Positions 21,240 to 29,907 of a stretch of DNA of 64,000 nucleotides are shown in pieces. The position numbers and the translations under genes are program-made. Position 1 is the first letter of the stretch; each line of letters opens with the position of its first letter. The stretch spans positions 11,818 through 75,817 of the forward strand of contig CBFHPU010000005.1 of assembly GCA_965657845.1 (NCBI GenBank), read 5' to 3'. The notes under the pieces were generated by a model, which was given only the letters and a program-made list of their open reading frames with translations, was not told where the DNA came from and ran no database searches. Source of the DNA: Pontimonas sp. Lineage in GTDB: Bacteria > Actinomycetota > Actinomycetes > Actinomycetales > Microbacteriaceae.

Positions 21240-22514
21240 GTGAGTATCGACCAAGGCGAGTTCCCTACGGAGTTGCGCGGCTATCGCCGCGCAGACGTGG
21301 AAGCTGCCCTGGCAGAGCTTCGCAATGAATTGATGCAGGCTGCGAAAGATCGTGCTCAAGCACTCGAAGACCTCACCGCAGCCCGAAGCGAATTAGAGCA
21401 GCTGCGCAGCGTCCAGCACGAAAGCCAAACTCCCAGCTACGCGGGTCTCGGTGGCCGGCTCGAAGCCGTCTTGCGTATCGCTGAAGAACAGTCCACACGC
21501 ATCATCGCCCAAGCCGATATCGATGCCGATCGCGTCACCCAAGAGGCGAAAGCCCAGGCAGAAGTGACCATTGAGGCCGCCCAAAAAGAAGCCGAACGGA
21601 TCGTCTCCGAAACAGAAGCGTCAACAACAGCGCGTAGGGAATCAGCCGAAGAGCAGGCCGAAAAACTTATCGCTGACGCGAAAGCGGAAGCCGAACGCCT
21701 CAGAAACGAGGCCATCGAAGAGGCAGCGTCCATTCGGGGCGCGGTGGCAACAGAAACAGCACAGCTTCGCGCCTCAGCAAAACGCGAATCAGAATCGCTG
21801 CGTGCCGAAGCCGAACGGGCCATTGCGGAGCAGCGCAGCGTGGCCGAACGCGAACTGGGGCAAGCCCGAAGCGAAGCGGCGGCGCTTCACAAAGAGATTG
21901 AGGTCGAACGGGCCACCCACGAACTGACTTTGAAAAAAATCCAAGAAGAAGCCGCGTTGGCAAAAACCCAAATGGAGCAAGAGATTGCTGCCACTCACGC
22001 GAGACTTCAACACGACAACGAAAAACAAGGTGAGGCCTTGGCCCGTGAGGCCTCGCAGGCTCGCTCGGATTTGGACCTGGAACTCAAAGCCCGTCGAGCG
22101 GAAAATGAGCGCGAACTGCTGGAAGCCCACCAGAAAGCGGTTGAACTCAACGACCGGTTTATCGCTGAAGCCACCACACAACGTGAAGAACTCACCGCCC
22201 AGTTGGACGCTCTACGACAAGCCCAGCATGAACTGGAAGAGTCAATCGCCGAGTTGAACAACACAGGGCGCGATGATGCTCTCGCTCAGGCCAGGGAAAC
22301 CCTCGAGGAAGCACAAACACAAGCCAAAGCAATCGTCGACGCCGCCACCCAAGAGGCGAACCAAAAGGTCGCCGACGCAGAAAAACGACTTGCCGCACTT
22401 CGGGTGGAAAAAGAAACAATCGCCGGATACATCGAATCACTTCGTAGTGTTGTGCAAGTGGTGGACGAGACGGCACAAAAGGCCGAGGCTCCCTCAAAAC
22501 GGCCCAAAGCCTAG
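21240..22514 (+). CDS. DivIVA-domain coiled-coil protein
   Basis: It starts at a GTG. The N-terminal motif FPTELRGYRRADVEAALAEL is DivIVA-like. About 380 aa of Ala/Glu/Gln/Arg-rich heptad-like sequence follow. Confidence 0.75.
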   Translation: MSIDQGEFPTELRGYRRADVEAALAELRNELMQAAKDRAQALEDLTAARSELEQLRSVQHESQTPSYAGLGGRLEAVLRIAEEQSTRIIAQADIDADRVTQEAKAQAEVTIEAAQKEAERIVSETEASTTARRESAEEQAEKLIADAKAEAERLRNEAIEEAASIRGAVATETAQLRASAKRESESLRAEAERAIAEQRSVAERELGQARSEAAALHKEIEVERATHELTLKKIQEEAALAKTQMEQEIAATHARLQHDNEKQGEALAREASQARSDLDLELKARRAENERELLEAHQKAVELNDRFIAEATTQREELTAQLDALRQAQHELEESIAELNNTGRDDALAQARETLEEAQTQAKAIVDAATQEANQKVADAEKRLAALRVEKETIAGYIESLRSVVQVVDETAQKAEAPSKRPKA

Positions 22515-23266
22515 CCTTCTGCCTGGCCCTCCGGCCATTCTGTGGGAAGCGGCAACGCGGCCGGTGCCACCTTCGCCACAATTTCGCTCAAAGCCCGGTG
22601 AGTGTATTTTTCTCCCACAAACAGATGTTTTGCGCCCTCGGCGGGGATGACTTCTGCGTGGGGAATGGCGGAAAAACGCCTGGTGGCCTCAGCCGGTTGA
22701 AGGAAATCGTCGTGTTCGGGCACAAGCGCCACTACCGGTTCTGGCCGGCCCACCCAGCGGGCAAGGTCTGACTCAGTGGTTCGATGAAGTGGCGGTGAGA
22801 GCAAAAAGGCCCCGCTGAAGGGGTAGGCGCTATCTGGAGCGTGTTTCAGGATCACTTCAGTACCAAAGGACCAACCCACCAGCCACGGCGAGTGGAGGCC
22901 CGACTCGGCGAGGAAGCGCAATGCGCCCTCAAGGTCGAGGCCTTCTTGTTCACCTTCACCGAAACTACCCTCGGAGGTTCCGCGTGGGGAAGACACCCCT
23001 CGGAAGTTGAACCTCAACACCGCAATGCCCGCCATGGCAGGCAGGCGATTTGACGCCTTTCGAATCACGTGAGAGTCCATGTAACCCCCAGCAGTCGGCA
23101 GTGGGTGACACCACAGGAGAGTCGCCACCGGGGTGCCGGTCACGGGAAGGGCGAGCTCCCCGACCAGGGTGAGACCATCGGAGGTCTGGAAGGAGATGTC
23201 TGCCCGTTTCGCGGGCAGCACCGTGGAGCTTCGAATCAGCGTCATCGTCATGTCCTCGTTAGGCAA
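22511..23266 (-). CDS. Alpha/beta hydrolase
   Basis: The nucleophile elbow is GWSFG. The 251-aa length and the late acidic and His residues (EHDDF, GAKHLF) fit the fold. Confidence 0.75.
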   Translation of the reverse strand: MPNEDMTMTLIRSSTVLPAKRADISFQTSDGLTLVGELALPVTGTPVATLLWCHPLPTAGGYMDSHVIRKASNRLPAMAGIAVLRFNFRGVSSPRGTSEGSFGEGEQEGLDLEGALRFLAESGLHSPWLVGWSFGTEVILKHAPDSAYPFSGAFLLSPPLHRTTESDLARWVGRPEPVVALVPEHDDFLQPAEATRRFSAIPHAEVIPAEGAKHLFVGEKYTHRALSEIVAKVAPAALPLPTEWPEGQAEG

Positions 23267-23546
23267 TTCGCCAACAGTGATTGTGCCAGTGCCGTCTTTC
23301 TTCTACCGCGCGATGCGAACCGAGCAGAGATTCTTCTTCCCAAGCCACTACGTGGGCCTGTCCAGGAGGAATGATCTGGGCGCAGCCCGGGCAGCGGTAG
23401 TCCTTCAACGCATTTTTTTCACTGATCGGTTGCACCACGTAGCGGCTGCCTCGTTTTGTCTCTACGCGGCGAACACCGGTGCGAAGTCGCTCAATATCGA
23501 GCGCATCAGCATCCTGATCGCGGTCGCGACGGTGACGGCGAGGCAT
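23259..23546 (-). CDS. Small conserved hypothetical protein with a putative zinc-ribbon (CxxC...HxxxC)
   Basis: The 95-aa protein has a basic N-terminus, CPGC at its centre and HWHNHC near the C-terminus. It is tightly coupled to both neighbours, with a 5-nt gap upstream and an 8-nt overlap downstream. Confidence 0.6.
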   Translation of the reverse strand: MPRRHRRDRDQDADALDIERLRTGVRRVETKRGSRYVVQPISEKNALKDYRCPGCAQIIPPGQAHVVAWEEESLLGSHRAVEERRHWHNHCWRIA

Positions 23547-23551
23547 TGAGC

Positions 23552-24145
23552 TCAGTACCAGTTCTTTGCTTCAGAGTGCTCCCACGCGGCACAGGGGGTG
23601 CCGTAGCGGGCGTCAATGTAGCCCAAACCCCAACGGATTTGGGTTTCCGGATTAGTCGCCCAATCCTCACCCGCGCTGGCCATTTTGGTTGCCGGTAGAG
23701 CTTGAGGGATTCCGTAGGCCCCACTGCTGGGGTTTTGCGCAAAATGGTTCCACCCTGACTCTCTTGACCAGAGTGCGTGCAGGCAGCGATATTCGCTGTC
23801 GTCCAGGCCTCTCGCAACCACCAGTTCGCGTGCGATGGCTTGCGCACTTCCGGGGTCAGGAGTGCCGACTGCGGGAGCTGTCGCACTCGCGGCACGAGTC
23901 ACGCTCCATGAACCGTCGCGAATAATTTGGCCAGCATCACCGGTCACCGTGAACTCTTGGGTCTCACTCACCTCTTCGCCGTGTGCGAAGTATGCGTTAG
24001 CAGGGTCCAGATGGGGGTTCACCAGTGGCCAGGCGAGAAAAGCTGCCACGCTACCCAGCGCAAGAAACGACAGCAGACTGTCACGCACACCAAAGTGGCG
24101 TTGCAGACTGCGACTGGCTGGGTGGGCCAGGTTCCTGGTAAACAC
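23552..24145 (-). CDS. Membrane-anchored lysozyme-like protein (SLT / Apf C-terminal-like transglycosylase domain)
   Basis: An N-terminal TM segment (LLSFLALGSVAAFLAWPL) is followed by a C-terminal block CLHALWSRESGWN...SSGAYGIPQALP...WGLGYIDARYGTPCAAW. Confidence 0.65.
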   Translation of the reverse strand: MFTRNLAHPASRSLQRHFGVRDSLLSFLALGSVAAFLAWPLVNPHLDPANAYFAHGEEVSETQEFTVTGDAGQIIRDGSWSVTRAASATAPAVGTPDPGSAQAIARELVVARGLDDSEYRCLHALWSRESGWNHFAQNPSSGAYGIPQALPATKMASAGEDWATNPETQIRWGLGYIDARYGTPCAAWEHSEAKNWY

Positions 24146-24176
24146 TCGCCTTAGTGTAGCCCGGGTGGGTGGGAAC

Positions 24177-24761
24177 CTAACGGACGGCGAGGATTACCGA
24201 CACAGTGTCATCTAAGACACGGTCTACTTGGCTTTCTTCGTAGCCACCCAGGCGGGTACGAAACTTTTGGTTGCGCACGGTTGCCACGGACACCGCTTCT
24301 TGACCTTGGAAGTAGCGCACGAGTCGATCGCAAAATGCATCGACATCAACCGGGTGGTAGCCGGGCTGCAGGGGTTTTGCTCGACGAAACTTTTCGGTGC
24401 GGGGCCTGGCGACTCGGTCCAAAATCTCTTGGGCTTGCTGGCGAATGCGTTTGTAGTAGCCGGCTTCGCCGGTCTCTTCAGTCACGCCTGCTCGCTCTCT
24501 GGAGGCAAATGCTTCCTCTAATCGCCATAGTGCTTGATCGACGGCGTAGGGATCAAAACCTTCTTTAGGGTTGGTACTAAAGACTTTCCGACGAATATCT
24601 GAGCTGGTAATTCCTTCATCACTGCCCTCGTAGGCGCGCTTTGCGCGGTTCAGAAAATCTTGGACTTCACCTTTGTCATAACCGGCTTGACCTTTTGGGG
24701 CATCTGGAAACAGCTCATCCACTCCCCCATTGTGCTGGCTAGTGGGGCCTACAGCCCGCAT
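24177..24761 (-). CDS. DivIVA-domain protein with repeated GY-x-x-x-(D/E)V motifs
   Basis: Three DivIVA-type motifs are present: GYDKGEVQDFLNRA, GYHPVDVDAFCDRL and GYEESQVDRVLDDT. The start is uncertain. Confidence 0.7.
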   Translation of the reverse strand: MRAVGPTSQHNGGVDELFPDAPKGQAGYDKGEVQDFLNRAKRAYEGSDEGITSSDIRRKVFSTNPKEGFDPYAVDQALWRLEEAFASRERAGVTEETGEAGYYKRIRQQAQEILDRVARPRTEKFRRAKPLQPGYHPVDVDAFCDRLVRYFQGQEAVSVATVRNQKFRTRLGGYEESQVDRVLDDTVSVILAVR

Positions 24762-24811
24762 TCACACACCCTGGGGCGCGTTTTCACGCAGTGTGGGCGC
24801 CACCAGGGCAC

Positions 24812-25768
24812 CTAGCCCAAGAATTGATAGAGCAGATACCCGATTGCGAGTGAGGGCAATACCGAATCCAAACGGTCAAGCACACCACCGTGTCCCGGCA
24901 GCACGCTCGACATGTCCTTTACTCCCACTTCACGTTTGATGAACGACTCCAACAGGTCACCCAGTGTCGCGGTCACGACGACAATCCCACCAATCATGAG
25001 CCCCCACCAGGGGCCCACATCAATCATCCATGTACCGGTCGCCACCCCAGCGATGGCGCCTGCCACGCTGGCGCCGGCGAGGCCTTCCCAGGTTTTCCCG
25101 GGACTGATTGTGGGGGCGAGCTTGTGACGTCCGAGGGTGCGCCCCACGGCGTAGGCGGACGTATCCACGCTCACCACAATGATGATGATTGCGAAAATCC
25201 ACCAGGCGCCACCATCCGAAAGCCTGAGGGCGACCGCGGCAGAACCCATAAAGGGCAGATACATCAGCACAAACCAACCCTGCTGAATATCCCGCGCCAC
25301 ACCAGATCTCGCGCGGGGTTGAACCATGAGCGCGGTACGGCCCAAAGCGATCAGGATGATTCCGGCAAACAGTGTGGTGAAGAGGCCGTCACCGCCATAA
25401 AAGTAGGCGCCGGCGAGGATACTCAGTGAGAGAAGGGACAGCAGGGTTCGCGACAGTCTGGCGCCACCCAGTCGCATCGCCCCGACCAATTCCACGACAG
25501 CAAACACCAGAAGGGTGCCGGCGAACAGCCCAAACAAAAGTGGCGAGACCAGTAGGGCGACGAGAAAAACCCCACCGAGTCCCAAGCCCACCGCAATGGC
25601 TTGCCACAGTGGGCGGCCCGCTGCTTGGTCAATTCGCTCGTTCGCTTCGCGAACCTGGTGTTCCCACTCGTGATACTGGGCTTCAACGCCACCCAACACG
25701 TTATCGAGTGGGCTACGCTCCCCCGGTTTTTCTGGGGGTAAGTCGTCGCGGCGGGATTCTGTAGTCAC
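24812..25768 (-). CDS. cdsA: Phosphatidate cytidylyltransferase
   Basis: The protein is polytopic, with the C-terminal signature SFIKREVGVKDMSSVLPGHGGVLDRLDS. It follows frr. Confidence 0.88.
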   Translation of the reverse strand: MTTESRRDDLPPEKPGERSPLDNVLGGVEAQYHEWEHQVREANERIDQAAGRPLWQAIAVGLGLGGVFLVALLVSPLLFGLFAGTLLVFAVVELVGAMRLGGARLSRTLLSLLSLSILAGAYFYGGDGLFTTLFAGIILIALGRTALMVQPRARSGVARDIQQGWFVLMYLPFMGSAAVALRLSDGGAWWIFAIIIIVVSVDTSAYAVGRTLGRHKLAPTISPGKTWEGLAGASVAGAIAGVATGTWMIDVGPWWGLMIGGIVVVTATLGDLLESFIKREVGVKDMSSVLPGHGGVLDRLDSVLPSLAIGYLLYQFLG

Positions 25769-25774
25769 CGCAGG

Positions 25775-26329
25775 TCACACTTCGAGGAGTTCTTCTTCTT
25801 TTCTCTTCAGCGCCTCATCGATTCGATCGATGTGGGCCTTGGTCATTGCCTCGAGTTCTTTTTCCCCACGGAATACGTCGTCTTCGCCGACCTCGGAGGT
25901 GAGCGCCTCCAGGTCATCTTTTGCTTTACGCCGCACGCTGCGCACAGACACTCGTCCGTCTTCAGCTTTCTGATGGGCGAGCTTCACGTATTCTTTCCGG
26001 CGTTCTTCGTTGAGCTCCGGCATGGTGACACGAATGACTTCCCCGTCATTTTGGGGCGTTGCCCCTAAATGTTGCGCGGCAACAATCGCTTTTTCGATGT
26101 CTTTGGCCGCCGACTTGTCATAGGGGGTGATGACCATTGTGCGGGCTTCTTGGACCTGAAGGCCCGCAAGCTGATCCAGTGGTGTCGGTGTGCCGTAATA
26201 CTCGACCATGATTTTTTGAAACAGTGACGGGTTGGCTCGACCGGTGCGGACATTCTGGAAATCGTTGTGGACGGCGTCGACTGCCTTGTCCATTTTTTCG
26301 CCAGCTTCGGTTAATACGTCTTCGATCAT
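25775..26329 (-). CDS. frr: Ribosome recycling factor
   Basis: The 184-aa protein carries [11 protein letters not shown] and ISVRSVRR-like blocks. It lies in the pyrH-frr order. Confidence 0.95.
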   Translation of the reverse strand: MIEDVLTEAGEKMDKAVDAVHNDFQNVRTGRANPSLFQKIMVEYYGTPTPLDQLAGLQVQEARTMVITPYDKSAAKDIEKAIVAAQHLGATPQNDGEVIRVTMPELNEERRKEYVKLAHQKAEDGRVSVRSVRRKAKDDLEALTSEVGEDDVFRGEKELEAMTKAHIDRIDEALKRKEEELLEV

Positions 26330-26383
26330 TCCAGCCTCCCGGTGTTGACTTTGAGTGTAACGAGCGTTGCTTTGTGGCCAGTG

Positions 26384-27106
26384 CTAGGACACCAGGGTTC
26401 CGATGCGCTCACCTAATAGGGCGCGGGTGACATTACCCGCTGGTTCCATCCCAAAAACCAGCATCGGCATGTTGTTGTCCATGCACAAACTAAACGCCGT
26501 GGAGTCGACCACTTTGAGTCCTTTGACCAGGGCTTCCTGGTAGCTCAACCGGTCAAACTTCTGGGCATCGGGGTTTGTTTTGGGGTCAGAAGAATAGACA
26601 CCATCGACACCATTTTTGGCGACGAGAACTTCGTCGGCAAGAATCTCGAGTGCTCTTTGGGCCGCTACCGTGTCGGTCGAAAAATACGGCAACCCAGCAC
26701 CGGCACCGAAGACCACCACGCGTCCTTTTTCGAGGTGGCGCACAGCACGCAGGGGGATGTAGGGCTCGGCGACCTGGGTCATCGAAATCGCTGACTGCAC
26801 GCGCACCTGAGCTCCGGCTTGCTCCAAGAAGTCCTGGAGCGCCAAAGCATTCATCACGGTGCCCAACATGCCCATGTAGTCAGCCCGGCGACGATCCATG
26901 CCGCGTTGGCTGAGTTCAGCTCCGCGGAAGAAGTTTCCACCGCCCACGACGACAGCAATTTCTACCTCGGTCGCTGCTTCCGCAATCTCTCTGGCGATTT
27001 GGGCGACCACGTCGGGGTTTACTCCGAGTGCTCCGCCGCCAAAGGATTCGCCGGAGAGTTTGAGCAAGACGCGTCTGCGGTTCGCCATCGCTTCTCCTTG
27101 CGTCAT
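26384..27106 (-). CDS. pyrH: UMP kinase
   Basis: Supporting blocks are [23 protein letters not shown] and [16 protein letters not shown]. Confidence 0.95.
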   Translation of the reverse strand: MTQGEAMANRRRVLLKLSGESFGGGALGVNPDVVAQIAREIAEAATEVEIAVVVGGGNFFRGAELSQRGMDRRRADYMGMLGTVMNALALQDFLEQAGAQVRVQSAISMTQVAEPYIPLRAVRHLEKGRVVVFGAGAGLPYFSTDTVAAQRALEILADEVLVAKNGVDGVYSSDPKTNPDAQKFDRLSYQEALVKGLKVVDSTAFSLCMDNNMPMLVFGMEPAGNVTRALLGERIGTLVS

Positions 27107-27152
27107 CGAGGTGTCGCCTAGAAGGTTAGCGCCTCGCGGTCTTGTTGGGGGG

Positions 27153-27980
27153 TTAGGAACCCACCCGGAAGCGAGCGAACCCGCTCACACTCAGTCCAGC
27201 CTGCTCCACAACCTGCGCGATCGACAGTTTGTTGTCGCGGGCGTAATCCTGATCCATGAGCGACACCTGCTTGAAGAAAGCACCAAGGCGCCCTTCAACA
27301 ATCTTGGGCAACGCCGCTTCGGGCTTACCCTCAGATCGGCTGATTTCTTCGACCAGTGCTCGCTCTTTTTCCACCGCATCAGCAGGGACCTCGTCGCGAG
27401 TGAGGTACTGGGGGTCGGCAAACGAAATGTGTTGAGCAATTCCTCTTGCCGTGTCCTCATCGCTTCCGCTGTAGCCCACCACGACGCCGACCTGCGGGGG
27501 AAGATCTTTGTTGGTGCGGTGCAGGTAGATGGCGAACTTTTCGGCCTCAAGGTGTGCGACGCGACGCAGCTCAACCTTTTCACCAATGATTGCCGCTTCG
27601 CCTTCGATCGCTTCCGACACCGTCGAACCCTCGAGCGGTGCGGCAAGGGCTGAGGCGACATCGGCGCTTCCGGCCGCGACGACCGCGTCTAGAACCTTGT
27701 CGGCCAACGCGATGAACTTCTCGTTTTTTGCGACGAAGTCTGTCTCGCAGGCCAGTTCAATCATGAAGGCGTTGCCACCAGATTCTTTGGCCGCGATGAG
27801 ACCTTCACTGGTGGACCGGTCTGCGCGCTTGGCGTTACCTTTGGCACCTTTGAGTCGAAGAAGCTCTGTGGCTTTTTCGAGATCCCCGTCGGCTTCAACG
27901 AGGGCATTTTTCGTGTCAACCATTCCGGTGCCCAAGAGCTCCCGGAGCTTTTTGACGTCTTCTAGGGAGACATTCGCCAT
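27153..27980 (-). CDS. tsf: Elongation factor Ts
   Basis: The UBA-like N-terminus is [34 protein letters not shown], with [11 protein letters not shown] downstream. It follows rpsB. Confidence 0.95.
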   Translation of the reverse strand: MANVSLEDVKKLRELLGTGMVDTKNALVEADGDLEKATELLRLKGAKGNAKRADRSTSEGLIAAKESGGNAFMIELACETDFVAKNEKFIALADKVLDAVVAAGSADVASALAAPLEGSTVSEAIEGEAAIIGEKVELRRVAHLEAEKFAIYLHRTNKDLPPQVGVVVGYSGSDEDTARGIAQHISFADPQYLTRDEVPADAVEKERALVEEISRSEGKPEAALPKIVEGRLGAFFKQVSLMDQDYARDNKLSIAQVVEQAGLSVSGFARFRVGS

Positions 27981-27991
27981 GCGTGGTTCCT

Positions 27992-29011
27992 CTACTTCTT
28001 CTCGGTCTCGGTCTTCTTCGCCGCAGGCTTTTTCGCAGCAGCAGGCTTCTTCTCAGCTGCGGGCTTCTTTTCCGCGGCAGGTTTCTTTTCGGCTGGCTTC
28101 TTCTCCGCGGCAGGCTTCTTCGCAGCAGGCTTTTTCGCAGCAGCGGGCTTTTCGGCCGCCGCGGCGTCATCGGTCTGCGCTTTTTCGGCGGCCGGAGCAT
28201 CAGCAGCCGGTGCGTCAGTAGCAGGAGCTTCTGTGGTCGACTCCTGACCGGCTTCTAGCAGCTCGCGCTCCCATTCGGCCAACGGCTCAACCGCGGAGAC
28301 GTTGCCTTCTTGTTCAGGCTTTTGGTGACGCTCGATGAGTCCTTCAGCGACGGCGTCGGCAATCACTTTGGTCAACAGTGCCACGGAGCGAATCGCATCG
28401 TCGTTTCCGGGAATCGGGTAAGCGAAGTCGTCGGGGTCCGCGTTGGTGTCGAGAATGCCGATTACCGGAATTCCCAGCTTGCGGGCTTCGTCAATAGCGA
28501 GGTGCTCGCGAATGGGGTCAACGACCCACATCGCGCTGGGGGTTTTCTGGAGGTTTCGAATACCGCCCAGTGATTTGTGAAGCTTGGTGAGTTCACGCTT
28601 TTTCATCAGGAGTTCTTTTTTGGTGAAGCCCTGGGTGGTGTCGTCGTAGTTGACCTCTTCGAGTTCTTTCATACGACCCAAACGCTTTGACACGGTTTGG
28701 AAGTTGGTGAGCAGACCACCCAACCAACGCTCGTTCACGTAGGGCTGACCCACGCGAGTGGCCTGTTCGGAAATGGCTTCCTGAGCCTGCTTTTTTGTTC
28801 CTACAAACAACACGGTTCCGCCATGGGCGACCGTGTCTTTGACAAAGTCATAGGCCTTGTCGATGTAGGTGAGCGACTGCTGCAAGTCAATGACGTGAAT
28901 GCCACTGCGCTCGGTGAGGATGAATCGCTTAACTTTGGGGTTCCAGCGCCTGGTCTGGTGCCCAAAGTGAACGCCGCTATCGAGTAGCTGGCGGATAGTA
29001 ATGACGGCCAT
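27992..29011 (-). CDS. rpsB: 30S ribosomal protein S2 with an ~85-aa C-terminal low-complexity tail (Ala/Pro/Lys/Glu repeats)
   Basis: The core has [18 protein letters not shown] and [27 protein letters not shown]. The tail is [53 protein letters not shown] lies upstream of the ATG. Confidence 0.95.
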   Translation of the reverse strand: MAVITIRQLLDSGVHFGHQTRRWNPKVKRFILTERSGIHVIDLQQSLTYIDKAYDFVKDTVAHGGTVLFVGTKKQAQEAISEQATRVGQPYVNERWLGGLLTNFQTVSKRLGRMKELEEVNYDDTTQGFTKKELLMKKRELTKLHKSLGGIRNLQKTPSAMWVVDPIREHLAIDEARKLGIPVIGILDTNADPDDFAYPIPGNDDAIRSVALLTKVIADAVAEGLIERHQKPEQEGNVSAVEPLAEWERELLEAGQESTTEAPATDAPAADAPAAEKAQTDDAAAAEKPAAAKKPAAKKPAAEKKPAEKKPAAEKKPAAEKKPAAAKKPAAKKTETEKK

Positions 29012-29040
29012 GGCCGTGCTCCTTCATGTTCTCGGTTTAT

Positions 29041-29061
29041 GCGTGTTCCGGCGGAACACGC
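29041..29061. repeat. Perfect 9-3-9 inverted repeat in the rpsB / M23-peptidase divergent intergenic region (function unknown)
   Basis: The sequence is GCGTGTTCC-ggc-GGAACACGC. It lies 30-50 nt upstream of the rpsB start codon in the minus-strand sense. Confidence 0.6.
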
Positions 29062-29277
29062 CCTGGTGTCGGAGCCCAACCTTCCCTCGACAACATGATG
29101 TTGGCGAGGACCGAGGGTCAGATCTCGTGATCGACACGCGAAGTCAGCCGACGAATCGGCTGCTGGGAAGAGCATAGCGGGTTTTACTGGGCTGACACCA
29201 GGCCGCACAACGCCTCTCCACAGGCGAGCCCACCAGAGAGCCAGTCACCAGGTATGGACTCCTGAGGGGGCAACACG

Positions 29278-29907
29278 ATGCCCTGGCCTGATAATCCGGT
29301 CATGATGCGTCACCTGTTCACTGCTGCACTAATCGCGAGCCTGGTGTCGCCTCCGCCTGCTGTGTGGACTTGGCCGGTCGCCACCGAAAAGGAAGTCGTG
29401 CGGGATTTTGACGCCCCGGACAGTGAGTGGGGTCCAGGCCACCGCGGCCTGGACCTTCGCGCGTCGGCCGGAACCGTGGTCGTCGCACCCGTGTCAGGCC
29501 GTATTCACTTCACCGGTGACGTCGTCAACCGCGGGGTGGTGACCATCCGGACGGCCTCAGGTTGGCTGGTCACAATGGAGCCCGTGCGGGTAGATGACGA
29601 GGTGGGCTCTCGTGTGCGAGCGGGCCAACGCATTGGCCACGTCGCATCGGGCCATTGCCCGGGAGGCTGTCTTCACATTGGCTTGCGCGTTGAGGGCGAA
29701 TACCGCTCACCAGCGCGAGAATTAGGGATACTTCGCCGAGCGAGGCTTCTGCCGTTCACCGCCAGTGTGTTCGCCACCGAAGCCAATAACCCCAACAGTG
29801 CTCTGGCCAGCGGCACTACCCAACGCTTGTCACACCGCTTGTCACACCGCGTGTCACACCGCGTGTCACACCGCGTGTCACACCGCGCGGCTTACGCCCG
29901 CGGGTGA
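29278..29907 (+). CDS. M23-family metallopeptidase (secreted)
   Basis: A signal-like segment (MRHLFTAALIASLVSPPPA) is followed by the HRGLD and CLHIGLR (HxH-type) motifs. The last ~50 codons are non-conserved-looking and run through a 12-bp tandem repeat. Confidence 0.8.
   Translation: MPWPDNPVMMRHLFTAALIASLVSPPPAVWTWPVATEKEVVRDFDAPDSEWGPGHRGLDLRASAGTVVVAPVSGRIHFTGDVVNRGVVTIRTASGWLVTMEPVRVDDEVGSRVRAGQRIGHVASGHCPGGCLHIGLRVEGEYRSPARELGILRRARLLPFTASVFATEANNPNSALASGTTQRLSHRLSHRVSHRVSHRVSHRAAYARG
29826..29885. repeat. 12-bp tandem repeat, 5 copies (2x CTTGTCACACCG, 3x CGTGTCACACCG)
   Basis: Direct reading of the sequence. The repeat is in frame with the M23 ORF tail, giving (L/V)SHR x5, and it ends 6 nt from the convergent xerC stop codon. 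Confidence 0.95.

Noticed and set aside
27529-28221. A 230-aa plus-strand ORF spanning the tsf/rpsB junction, and the ORFs at 27916..28200 and 27983..28258
   Set aside because: They are antisense or alternate-frame readings of tsf and of the repetitive S2 tail. Their Ser/Ala/Arg-rich translations show no motifs.
29826-29885. The tandem repeat as a possible CRISPR array
   Set aside because: The units are only 12 bp and directly abut with no spacers. No cas genes are present in the window.
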